Source of the DNA: Candidatus Nezhaarchaeota archaeon WYZ-LMO8
Lineage (GTDB): Archaea > Thermoproteota > Methanomethylicia > Nezhaarchaeales > WYZ-LMO8
Direction: 5' to 3'
Assembly: GCA_004347965.1 (NCBI GenBank)
Contig: QNVF01000005.1
Location: 1-40,641 of the forward strand
DNA length: 40,641 nt
A program made the translations under genes and the position numbers. The notes under the pieces were generated by a model that ran no database searches, was not told the origin of the DNA, and saw only the letters and a program-made list of their open reading frames with translations. Positions 8,706-17,292 of the stretch are shown here, piece after piece; position 1 is the stretch's first letter; each line of letters begins with the position of its first letter.

Positions 8706-8823
8706 AGTTTAGGCCGCTGAGTCGAGGGAAGCCGCAGCGACGGGGTGGAGGGACTATGAGGGGGCCCCGATGAATGATCATCCACCTTACCCACCTGCGG
8801 TACAGACTCAGCGGCTCTAAGCT
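8706..8823 (+). ncRNA. Structured RNA 1 (H/ACA-like hairpin with K-turn inside an outer stem)
   Basis: Outer stem GCCGCTGAGTC/GACTCAGCGGC, inner stem GCCGCAG/CTGCGGT followed by ACA, upper stem GGGGTGGA/TCCACCTT, apical TGA-GGG..CCC-GATGA K-turn pattern. GC-rich island in an otherwise AT-richer context. Confidence 0.7.
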
Positions 8824-8833
8824 AACTTTTATA
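8821..8833 (+). promoter_or_regulatory. TATA box driving structured RNA 2 and/or tyrS
   Basis: TTTTATA at 8827-8833, about 23 nt before the RNA 2 terminal stem. Confidence 0.6.
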
Positions 8834-8854
8834 GGTGTTGTTGCCTTCATATTT

Positions 8855-8970
8855 TAAGCCGCGCCGGGGATCTTAGAAAGCCGCGCATAGAGAGTCCCCA
8901 TGGAGGGGGCATCAGGCCCGAGACTATGATATCGGGTGGGTCAATGCGCGGTGACATCCGGCGCGGCTTA
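8855..8970 (+). ncRNA. Structured RNA 2 / tyrS 5' leader
   Basis: Perfect 13-bp outer stem TAAGCCGCGCCGG/CCGGCGCGGCTTA, inner stem GCCGCGCAT/ATGCGCGGT followed by GACA, and two internal hairpins. Ends 15 nt before the tyrS ATG. Confidence 0.7.
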
Positions 8971-8985
8971 TTTCGGGGTAGGACT

Positions 8986-10053
8986 ATGGAGTTTGAAGAG
9001 AAGGTCAAAAAAGTGACAAGGAACACAGCTGAGGTCGTGGTCTTATCTGAGCTTGTAGAGGTATTGAGGAGAGGAGAGGCTAGAGGCTACATAGGAGTTG
9101 AGCCTTCAGGGCTATTCCACATAGGTTGGCTCATTTGGGCTCGGAAGGTTAGGGATTTGTCTGATGTAGGGATTAAGATGAAGATCTTAGAGGCTACATG
9201 GCACGCCTGGATCAACGATAAGCTTGGCGGTTACCTGGAGATGATACATAAGTGTGCAAAGTACATAGAGCATGTTTTGAAGTCTTTGGGAATTGATAAG
9301 GGCGATATAGAGTATGTTAAAGCTGAAGAGCTGATCAGCGATCCTGAGTACTGGAGAATAGTGGTCACGGTGGCCAAGAACTTATCTTTAGCAAGAGTGC
9401 GAAGAGCTATAACCATAATGGGTAGGAAGGAGAGTGAGGGCATCTTGGATTTCTCGAAGCTAATATATCCTTGCATGCAGGTAGCCGACATATTTTACAT
9501 GGACCTTGACGTATGTCTTGGAGGAACTGATCAACGTAAGGCTCACATGCTTGCAAGAGAAATAGCTGAAAAGAAGAAGTGGAAGAAGCCCGTTGCAGTG
9601 CACACACCTTTGCTAATAAGCCTAAGACCTCCTTTAGGGGCTGAAGAAGTGGACGAAGTCGACTTGAAGATGAGTAAGTCTAAACCTGAAACCTGCATCT
9701 TCGTTCACGATACGCCTGATGATATAGCTAAGAAGGTCGAGTATGCTTACTGTCCCATGAAGGTCGTAGAGATGAATCCCATCATCGAGATATGCAAGCA
9801 TATCCTCTTTGCTCAAAACGGCTTCAAACTCTATGTGGAACGTGAAGAAAAACATGGAGGAGATATTTATATTGAGAGCTTTGACGAATTAGTTCAATTG
9901 TATAGTAAGGGAGAGCTTCATCCACAAGATCTTAAGCGAGCCGTTGCAAAAGCGCTATCAGAGATTCTTGAACCTGTTAGAAGGTATTTCGAGGTAAATA
10001 GGGAGGCTAAAGAGCTCCTTAGAACCATGAGTAACGCTACGATAACTAGATAA
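8986..10053 (+). CDS. tyrS: Tyrosine--tRNA ligase
   Basis: YIGVEPSG.FHIGW, HAWINDK, YPCMQVADIF, GG.DQRKAHMLARE, KMSKS. Start set at ATG 8986; the ORF-track extension lies inside the RNA element. Confidence 0.96.
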   Translation: MEFEEKVKKVTRNTAEVVVLSELVEVLRRGEARGYIGVEPSGLFHIGWLIWARKVRDLSDVGIKMKILEATWHAWINDKLGGYLEMIHKCAKYIEHVLKSLGIDKGDIEYVKAEELISDPEYWRIVVTVAKNLSLARVRRAITIMGRKESEGILDFSKLIYPCMQVADIFYMDLDVCLGGTDQRKAHMLAREIAEKKKWKKPVAVHTPLLISLRPPLGAEEVDEVDLKMSKSKPETCIFVHDTPDDIAKKVEYAYCPMKVVEMNPIIEICKHILFAQNGFKLYVEREEKHGGDIYIESFDELVQLYSKGELHPQDLKRAVAKALSEILEPVRRYFEVNREAKELLRTMSNATITR

Positions 10054-10075
10054 AGGAGCTTCTAGTGTGATTAAT

Positions 10076-10088
10076 TAGTTTATATAAC
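10076..10088 (+). promoter_or_regulatory. TATA box upstream of dnaG
   Basis: GTTTATATAA in the intergenic region; a GGTGA Shine-Dalgarno precedes the ATG. Confidence 0.55.
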
Positions 10089-10134
10089 ACTCATGTAATA
10101 GCTTAACCATCTCGTCTAGGACTGGTGATACATA

Positions 10135-11328
10135 ATGGGTGGCGTTGCCGTCACTGCTAAGTACGTTATTTACGCTACAATAGAGATTAATGGGATAGTT
10201 GATAAATCTGATGTCATAGGCGCTCTCTTTGGGCAAACTGAAGGCTTACTCGGCGATAAACTTGACTTAAGAGAACTGCAAAAGGCTGGTAGAATAGGTA
10301 GAGTTCAAGTCCTCTTGGAGGAGGAGGATGGTAAGTGCATAGGGCACATCGAGATACCATCTAACTTAGACAAGGTCGAAACAGCACTGATAGCTGCAGC
10401 TATAGAGACAGTCGATAAGGTTGGTCCCTACGATGCTAAGATTACAGTAACTAGGATAGAGGATGTTAGAGAGGAGAAGCGAAAGAAGGTTATGGAGAGA
10501 GCTAAAGAACTTTTAATGAAGTGGAGAGAGACGTTACCTGATACTCGTGAGATAACAGAAGAGATCCTAAAGACCGTCAGGGAGGCTCAGCTCATAACTT
10601 ATGGTCCCGAGAAACTTCCTGCTGGACCAGATATAGACAAGAGCGACACCATAATAATCGTTGAAGGTAGGGCAGACGTCATCAACCTGCTAAGACATGA
10701 TTACCGTAATGTAATAGCAATAGAGGGGGCGTCAATCCCAAAGACCATAATCAATTTATGTAAAGAAAAGACGGCAGTAGCATTTGTAGATGGAGATAGA
10801 GGTGGAGAGCTTGTTCTAAGGCAGCTACTACAAGTAGCTGATATAGATTATGTTGCGAGGGCACCTCCAGGAAAGGAGGTTGAGGAGTTAACTGGAAAGG
10901 AGATAGCAAAATGCTTGAGAGATAAGGTACCCGTAAACGAGTATCTAGCCACTGTAGAGAAAGGCTCTCAACAAGTTCAAGTGCAGCAACCTCATGCTGT
11001 ACTTGAGAGTCCAGCAGTTCTTACTAAAAACAAGATTCCTCCTGAGGTGCTGAGAGAGGCTGAGAAGCTAATAGGAAGTTTGGAGGCCTTGATATACGAC
11101 GAGTCTTGGAAGACTTTAGCGAAGATACCAGTAAAGGATCTGGCAAACTACTTGCAATCAACTCAAGACCCTGTAAGCTACGTTGTTTTTGATGGTGTAA
11201 TAACTCAGAGACTCCTAGAGATAGCTGAAGTTAGAGGTGTTAAGATCATCGTAGGCGGGAGGGTAGGAAACATAACTCATAAGCCTACGTCAATGGAGAT
11301 ACTTACATTTAACGAGCTGGGTCTTTGA
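10135..11328 (+). CDS. dnaG: Archaeal DnaG (TOPRIM, exosome-associated)
   Basis: DVIGALFGQTEGLLG..LDLRELQK.GRIGR, IIVEGRADV, FVDGDRGG, ARAP.GKEVEEL, FDGVITQRL. Confidence 0.96.
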   Translation: MGGVAVTAKYVIYATIEINGIVDKSDVIGALFGQTEGLLGDKLDLRELQKAGRIGRVQVLLEEEDGKCIGHIEIPSNLDKVETALIAAAIETVDKVGPYDAKITVTRIEDVREEKRKKVMERAKELLMKWRETLPDTREITEEILKTVREAQLITYGPEKLPAGPDIDKSDTIIIVEGRADVINLLRHDYRNVIAIEGASIPKTIINLCKEKTAVAFVDGDRGGELVLRQLLQVADIDYVARAPPGKEVEELTGKEIAKCLRDKVPVNEYLATVEKGSQQVQVQQPHAVLESPAVLTKNKIPPEVLREAEKLIGSLEALIYDESWKTLAKIPVKDLANYLQSTQDPVSYVVFDGVITQRLLEIAEVRGVKIIVGGRVGNITHKPTSMEILTFNELGL

Positions 11329-11329
11329 G

Positions 11330-12631
11330 ATGATTCCACAGACAGAAGAGAAGGAGGATGTGAGGAAGGGGTTAGATAGAGTACTTAGAGATGCTGAAAG
11401 TTACGCTAAGAGGTTGCTTGAAGATAGCTCTGAAAAGGTGATAATAGTTCACCACGATGATGCTGATGGTGTATGCGCAGGAGCCCTCCTCAAAACAGCG
11501 CTCGAAGACAGGTTCGCTGTTCACACGATATGTCTTGAGAAAACCTATCCTATAGCTATAAAGAGATTGCAAGAGCAAGGTAAAGAGCCCATAATTTATG
11601 TGGACCTTGGTAGCCCTCACGTATCCACTATATCTACTTTTAACAGGCAAAAGAGGACGATAGTAATCATAGATCACCACGATCTAGATGGTCTCGAAGG
11701 GATAAGTGAAGAAGTAGCAGTTCTGAATCCCGAAATACATGGAGTTGATGGTGGGATCTATGCATGTGGTGCTAGTCTCGCATACTTTTTTGCACACTCA
11801 ATAAAGAAGAATGTAGAGAAGTACTCTGGACTAGCTGTTATAGGTTCCGTTGAAATACCAGGAGAAGCTAAGGGGCTTAACCTCTTAGTCCTCAACGAGG
11901 CTTTGAAAGCTGGAGTGGCAGTCTACGATAAGGATTCTGGGAGAGCTAAGGTTCTCTGGAATGGCAAGTTCACTAACCCTGAGACTTTATCGACAAAGCT
12001 CACGATAATGGCTTCTGTAGGATATTACGATGAGGGACCTCAAAAAGCCTTAAACTCATGCATTAAGTGTTCGTGGGCTGGAGTGGAAGGTTATCTTGAC
12101 TTACTAGAAGAAAAAAGGAAAAGAGCTTACTCAAGCATTATGGCAAGACTTCGATATGCAGGGCTTAATAAATTAAAGAGGATTCAGTGGTTCCACGTTG
12201 AAGATGGTTTTCGTGATATGGGCGTCAAGGTCATAGGGACGTTTTGCAGCTATTTAATGCATCAGAAGATGATCGATGAGGACAAGGTTCTGGTCGGAAT
12301 GATGAATATGAGAAGCGATGTACCAGGCCTTGGAGATCTAGGTGAAGTATATGTCAAAGTATCTGCAAGAGCACCTAAAAGAGTATTAGCATTAATAGAC
12401 TCAGGTTCTTTAGAACCTCTATCGAAAGCCCTCCCAGAAGCAGCTAAACGAGTAGGTGGGTTCGGTGATGGTCATGCTGCCGCAGCTAGTGGTGTAATAC
12501 CTAGAGGTAAAGAGAAGGAGTTTTTGGAGTTAATGGATGAGTTGCTGGTAAAAGAAGGAGTAAGGAGAGGAGAGAAGCAGGCTAGAGTAACTCTTGAAAG
12601 CTTTCTATTTCCTAAGAAAGTCGAAAAGTGA
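11330..12631 (+). CDS. DHH/DHHA1 phosphoesterase, RecJ/Cdc45(GAN)-like
   Basis: HHDDADG, VDLGS, IDHH, LNP..HG.DG, KVSAR, GDGHAAAA. Confidence 0.85.
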   Translation: MIPQTEEKEDVRKGLDRVLRDAESYAKRLLEDSSEKVIIVHHDDADGVCAGALLKTALEDRFAVHTICLEKTYPIAIKRLQEQGKEPIIYVDLGSPHVSTISTFNRQKRTIVIIDHHDLDGLEGISEEVAVLNPEIHGVDGGIYACGASLAYFFAHSIKKNVEKYSGLAVIGSVEIPGEAKGLNLLVLNEALKAGVAVYDKDSGRAKVLWNGKFTNPETLSTKLTIMASVGYYDEGPQKALNSCIKCSWAGVEGYLDLLEEKRKRAYSSIMARLRYAGLNKLKRIQWFHVEDGFRDMGVKVIGTFCSYLMHQKMIDEDKVLVGMMNMRSDVPGLGDLGEVYVKVSARAPKRVLALIDSGSLEPLSKALPEAAKRVGGFGDGHAAAASGVIPRGKEKEFLELMDELLVKEGVRRGEKQARVTLESFLFPKKVEK

Positions 12632-15001
12632 AGCTTGCTTAATACCTGAGAGTAAACTTTCCTCGTTAACTCCGAAGTACTTTAAGATTCTCATAGCTAA
12701 AGCTACAACTTGCTTCTTAACGTAGTACTCCTTGTCTATCTCATTCATGGTAGCGAATACATAGGGTTTTACCCTCTCTGATACTTTTTCAGAAGGTCCT
12801 TGAACAACTACGAAGCCAACCTTATCCCCTATTTCGAGCTTAAAACCTGCAGCTAAGAGCTGCTTTGCTGCTTGAACGTGAGCTGCTTCGACCTCGTATT
12901 CATCTAGAGATTTCGATAAAGTCTTCCAAATCACTAACTTCTTCATGTCTACCTTTCCAGCTCGAATCATGTTTATTATGTCTCTAACGTAATTCACTGC
13001 TGCTTGTACATCCTTCTTACTTAGTATTATCTCTATGACCTTGGACTGAACTTCTTGTGCTAGCTCGCACCAATCACCTCTAACAGCCTCAAAACCTACT
13101 AGGTCTATTCTACCATCTAGTGTTAGACCTGAATACTTCTTAGCTGCTTCAGTAAAGAAGCATACTTTGTAGACCTTCTCTAACTTTATTTCTAGACCAA
13201 GCTCTCTTTCAACACGTTCTATGAAGGCTTTGATCTTAGATTGATCGTACTTCACGAATATGCTATCAGTGTCTCCATAAATTACTTGGAGACCCATATC
13301 TTTTGCCATCTTTATGGTGGCCATTATGGTGTGCCTGCCATAAGCTGCTGTGGCTTCGGCACATGGCTTCAAATAGAACCTAGCTCCAGTCCAACCTAAG
13401 TACCCATACATGGCGTTGGTCATGGTCTTAACGGCTTTCTGCCTATTGTCGAGTATGGTGTAACACGGATCTTTTGAATCGAGTTTCTTCATACTCTCCC
13501 TTATAGCCCTTCTAAGTTCAAGTAGCTTCTCTATAGCCTTCCTATAGAGACTTGGAGGATTTTTCTTAAAGCGGTGGCCGACTTCGGGGGCTACGTGGCA
13601 TTCATCGGGTTTGCAAGGCTCTTCTGGAGGGACGTAAGTGTCGAAGCCTATGTTGTACTTCATCATTAAGTGTGGGTACATAGCTGAGAAGTCGAGGACT
13701 GCTATGTTTTCGTGAAGACCTTCTTTGGGCTTTAAGACCAAGCCTCCTCTATAAGGTTCATACTTCCTCTCAACTCTATTGGGCACTAGCTCTCCTTCAC
13801 TATAAGCCACTCTCATTAGGTACCACTCAACCCTAAAGCCTACAGAAGCTGCTAGTACTTGATCTAGAGGGACCCCAGTGAGTCTTGAGAGCTGCATAGC
13901 AAATGGTAGGACCTCCATTGCTACACCGTACGTAGAAACCGCGTCTTCCTCAGCATACTTCTTTAAGATAGCATGTTTTGAAGGATTGTCCCAGTACTCA
14001 GCTATTTCTAAGTAATCTATTAGTGTTCTCTTATCTTTAGGCATGACCCCTAAGTAATCTGCTACGTTCTCCAGGGTCTTGATCTTAACCTCCATCAGCT
14101 CTTCAGCGTAGTCGTATAGATCTATGTTTGCTCTGCCAACTACGGATACGTGGCCGTACACGCTTTGATGAGGTTCTGCGAAGTCACGACTTATCTTCAG
14201 CTTTACTCCGTGAAGTTTAGCTCTAGCCTGTATATATGGCCAATCGAAGTGATTGCTATTGTATCCAACTATGATGTCAGGATCGTAGGTTTGTATATAA
14301 TCGACGAACTCCTTCAGTATCTTTGAATCATCATGATCTTCAGCAAGCAGTATCTTATTTCCCTCGCTAGATGTTAATGAAATCATTATTATTGGATCTC
14401 GATGAGGTACTGGAGAGCCAGCTTTATTGTAGCACTCTATATCGAAAGCTAGTATCCTAAGATTAGGAACTTCATCTTTTGGATACGGTCTTGGTCTAGC
14501 GAGAGCTTTATACACAGCATCGACCTTAATATTGTTAACGTTCTTCTCCTCCTCAACCTCAAGCTCATGCCAGTCGCAGGGGTTAACCCCATTGTCTATC
14601 ATGTACCTCATATAGAACCTTATGTCAGCTTCAAGAACCTCCTCTACCCAATCCAGTTTAGCTATCTTCTCTCTATACGTAGGTACTGACTCAGGAAGCA
14701 AACACGTGACTTTAAGCGCCTTAACAGGCTTTCCGAAGAATTTCTTATCAACTTCCTCTACGGACAATATGGGTTCTGATGGGTCTTCGAGGAGCTTTAT
14801 GTCCTTTACGGCTTTTTTCATGTCCACGTACTCTTTAGGGAGAACGTAAAAATAGGGTCTAAAGCTGTAATCTTTTACTAATACGCGTCTTTCATTATCC
14901 GTTATACCCCACAACTTAATGACTGGAATTCTCCCTTCTACGTCGTAATTTACGTCTAGAAGCCATAAGAGTAACTTTTGAGGCATCGAGCTTACTCCCA
15001 T
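12605..15001 (-). CDS. polB: Family B DNA polymerase (PolB3-like), no intein
   Basis: Exo motifs FDIE and YNSNHFDWPY; polymerase motifs DFSAMYP, K...NAMYGY, YGDTDS; C-terminal PIP box QASLFDFL. Confidence 0.96.
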   Translation of the reverse strand: MGVSSMPQKLLLWLLDVNYDVEGRIPVIKLWGITDNERRVLVKDYSFRPYFYVLPKEYVDMKKAVKDIKLLEDPSEPILSVEEVDKKFFGKPVKALKVTCLLPESVPTYREKIAKLDWVEEVLEADIRFYMRYMIDNGVNPCDWHELEVEEEKNVNNIKVDAVYKALARPRPYPKDEVPNLRILAFDIECYNKAGSPVPHRDPIIMISLTSSEGNKILLAEDHDDSKILKEFVDYIQTYDPDIIVGYNSNHFDWPYIQARAKLHGVKLKISRDFAEPHQSVYGHVSVVGRANIDLYDYAEELMEVKIKTLENVADYLGVMPKDKRTLIDYLEIAEYWDNPSKHAILKKYAEEDAVSTYGVAMEVLPFAMQLSRLTGVPLDQVLAASVGFRVEWYLMRVAYSEGELVPNRVERKYEPYRGGLVLKPKEGLHENIAVLDFSAMYPHLMMKYNIGFDTYVPPEEPCKPDECHVAPEVGHRFKKNPPSLYRKAIEKLLELRRAIRESMKKLDSKDPCYTILDNRQKAVKTMTNAMYGYLGWTGARFYLKPCAEATAAYGRHTIMATIKMAKDMGLQVIYGDTDSIFVKYDQSKIKAFIERVERELGLEIKLEKVYKVCFFTEAAKKYSGLTLDGRIDLVGFEAVRGDWCELAQEVQSKVIEIILSKKDVQAAVNYVRDIINMIRAGKVDMKKLVIWKTLSKSLDEYEVEAAHVQAAKQLLAAGFKLEIGDKVGFVVVQGPSEKVSERVKPYVFATMNEIDKEYYVKKQVVALAMRILKYFGVNEESLLSGIKQASLFDFLRK

Positions 15002-15043
15002 TAGATTATCGTTCAGCTCTAGGATAAGTTTAGTGTAGAGAGG

Positions 15044-15499
15044 TCAGAGCTCCTTTACCATAAGGTAAGCGTCTTCGCCCCAAGGATAGTAATTTCTCAA
15101 CAAGTTTGTAATTTTAAAGCCTAAACTCTTATAGAACGCTACTGCCTCTTCATTTGAAACAGCAACTTCAAGCAACGCCCTCTTCAATCCTTTCCTCTTA
15201 AAAGCATTAAGTAGAGTGATCATGAGTTTTGAACCTATACCTCTCCTCCTAAACTTAGACTTTACTGCTATAGATATGATGTGTCCACATCCATCACTTC
15301 TCTTGGCACCAACAACATAGCCCACCACTTCTTCGTTTACTGAAGCGACATAGAACATGTCGTGATGCAAGTGTAGAAGAAGTGATATCAGCCTTGGAGG
15401 GTAAGGTCTTTCAAAGCTTGACAACTCCACTTTAACTATTTGAGAGAAGTCTGATGGTACGGCTCTTCTTATAATTACAGCATTCTGCTCCATGCTCAT
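15044..15499 (-). CDS. rimI: RimI/Ard1-type N-acetyltransferase (GNAT)
   Basis: GHIISIAV...FRRRGIG, LEVAVSN..A..FY...GF, YY..GEDAYLM. Confidence 0.88.
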   Translation of the reverse strand: MSMEQNAVIIRRAVPSDFSQIVKVELSSFERPYPPRLISLLLHLHHDMFYVASVNEEVVGYVVGAKRSDGCGHIISIAVKSKFRRRGIGSKLMITLLNAFKRKGLKRALLEVAVSNEEAVAFYKSLGFKITNLLRNYYPWGEDAYLMVKEL

Positions 15500-16512
15500 A
15501 CTGGTTCAGCTACGTAAATATTGTCTTTGCAAGCCAATATTCTAGCATGCACAATAGATCCTAGCTCAATATTAGAGGCATTTATTAGAGTTATTATGCG
15601 CTCTTGATGAAGATCTACAGCAAGTTTTTCTCCTCGAAGCCAGCCAAGACCAACTACTTGAACTCGCACCTTCTCACCTTTCTTAAAGCTCAATGGAACT
15701 TTAAGGTCTTTGACGATTCCAAAGTCCTCTGGCTTCAATACTAGTTTTACTTTGAACTTATCCTCAAGCTTACGCAGCTCCTTATAGAACTTAAACCACG
15801 TGATCGGTTTAACTCCTTTAGGCTTCCTTCCGTACTTGTGAGACACAAACTTCTGTATGCCTAAGGGGGGCCAATACTTGCCGGCCTTGATCTTTAGTGC
15901 ATACTCTACTATTCTCGGTATCTCTTGGTCGTTGAGCCCCGGGACCCAAACAGGTGCTATTAATAGGTCGATCTTACTGTTCGATATAGCTTCAGCCATG
16001 TTTAATACGTGGCTCAGGTCGTAATGTTGAGTACCAGCTAGCTTCTTAGCTAATCGTGGATTAAGGGAGTCAATTGATAGATTTATTCTAGATAGACCTG
16101 CAGCCTCTAAATCGCTTATCAATTTGTAGGATAGTAAGTACCCATGAGTTTGCATGGATATGATCTTTACACGAGGAAGCTCTGATAATCTATGAACTAA
16201 ATCGACGATCTTGGGGTATAATAGAGGATCACCGACAGTATCTATATGTGCTTCAAGGCTCTTCGATCTCTTAAACTTGATTACAGCTTTAACCCACTCA
16301 ATGAGGTGATCGAGGTCAACCAAGTATTCTGCTTGCCTATTCCTAGATGAGGGACCTGCATCAGTAGAACAAAAGATACAGGAGAGGGTACACGAAGATG
16401 ATGGTCTAACTTGTATTAAATTTGTCCCTCTATCTATTACCCCGAAGGCTATGCATCCAATCAATGGCCAGTTAATAGGAACTTCCACTAACGTTCTTTG
16501 CCGTAACGTCAT
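15496..16512 (-). CDS. Radical SAM protein with C-terminal TRAM-like domain (uncharacterised archaeal family)
   Basis: PLIGCIAFGVIDRGTN..QVRP...CTLSCIFCS (CxxxCxxC); beta-rich C-terminus. 4-nt overlap with rimI. Confidence 0.85.
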   Translation of the reverse strand: MTLRQRTLVEVPINWPLIGCIAFGVIDRGTNLIQVRPSSSCTLSCIFCSTDAGPSSRNRQAEYLVDLDHLIEWVKAVIKFKRSKSLEAHIDTVGDPLLYPKIVDLVHRLSELPRVKIISMQTHGYLLSYKLISDLEAAGLSRINLSIDSLNPRLAKKLAGTQHYDLSHVLNMAEAISNSKIDLLIAPVWVPGLNDQEIPRIVEYALKIKAGKYWPPLGIQKFVSHKYGRKPKGVKPITWFKFYKELRKLEDKFKVKLVLKPEDFGIVKDLKVPLSFKKGEKVRVQVVGLGWLRGEKLAVDLHQERIITLINASNIELGSIVHARILACKDNIYVAEPV

Positions 16513-16569
16513 ACTTCTACATACATGTTGAGGGTTATGTTATTATAGCTTTCTGAGTATGAAGAGGTT

Positions 16570-17292
16570 GTGAGTAAGAGGAAGAAGCCAGTCAAGGTGG
16601 GGGATAGGGTAGAAGTAGTTTATAGTAATGAACATTGGAGGTTACTCTCTGAACTTCGAAGTAGGGCTTTGGAGGTAATGGAGAAATTAGAGGGATTAGG
16701 ACTTCGTACGCTTGTTCATGGTAGCATCGCTAGGGGGGATGTAAGCTCTACAAGCGACATTGACGTCGTCATACCTTACGTGGTGCCATCATATCGTGTT
16801 GAGGTCATACTTGATGAGCTAAGGATCAAGCCCTTTAAGCGACTATTAACTCAAGCTACACCAGCTCATGCTGTTAAGGCCCACATATACCTTGACGAGA
16901 GGACGATAATAACATTCCCCTTGACGAGCTTGACACGACATGAAAGGGAGTTCTATAAGTTTGGGGGTGAGCTAAGCTTCGATGAGTTAAAAGAAGGTAA
17001 GAGGGTATGCGGTATAGATAAGAGACTTAAGCTTATTGAGCCGACTTCAAGAGGTCATTACGAGGAGCCGATAATTGGAAGGGAGCTTTATGCTGCCAGC
17101 AAAGTGGGCGTAAGCCTGGACGTCGTTCAAGAGAGGATCAAGGTGTTAACGCGTAGAGATGAGGTTGGCAGAACTGGGGTGTATTTAAAGTACGAGGTTA
17201 ATCCTCATGAAAGCATTGAAGAAGCGCTTATGAGCCTTGCATCTAAAGACCCTGCTTTGAGGAGGATTTTAGTCTCAAGAGGATTCCTTTAA
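16570..17292 (+). CDS. Pol-beta superfamily nucleotidyltransferase (conserved archaeal family)
   Basis: HGSIARGDV...SDIDV, EFYKFGG, GIDKRL.LIEP, RRD..GRTGV. Confidence 0.85.
   Translation: MSKRKKPVKVGDRVEVVYSNEHWRLLSELRSRALEVMEKLEGLGLRTLVHGSIARGDVSSTSDIDVVIPYVVPSYRVEVILDELRIKPFKRLLTQATPAHAVKAHIYLDERTIITFPLTSLTRHEREFYKFGGELSFDELKEGKRVCGIDKRLKLIEPTSRGHYEEPIIGRELYAASKVGVSLDVVQERIKVLTRRDEVGRTGVYLKYEVNPHESIEEALMSLASKDPALRRILVSRGFL

Noticed and set aside
8706..8970. SRP RNA, RNase P RNA, SECIS, T-box or split-tRNA identity for the structured RNAs
   Set aside because: No SRP helix-8 GGAA/AGCA motif, no RNase P P4 consensus pair, no in-frame UGA gene nearby, GGGTGG lacks the following NACC, and no tRNA arms are present.
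8926..8985. 20-aa N-terminal extension of TyrRS
   Set aside because: Encoded within the RNA 2 stems; ATG 8986 matches the expected TyrRS start.
12605..15001. Inteins or frameshifts in PolB and other large genes
   Set aside because: Lengths and motif spacing are normal; no intein signatures seen.
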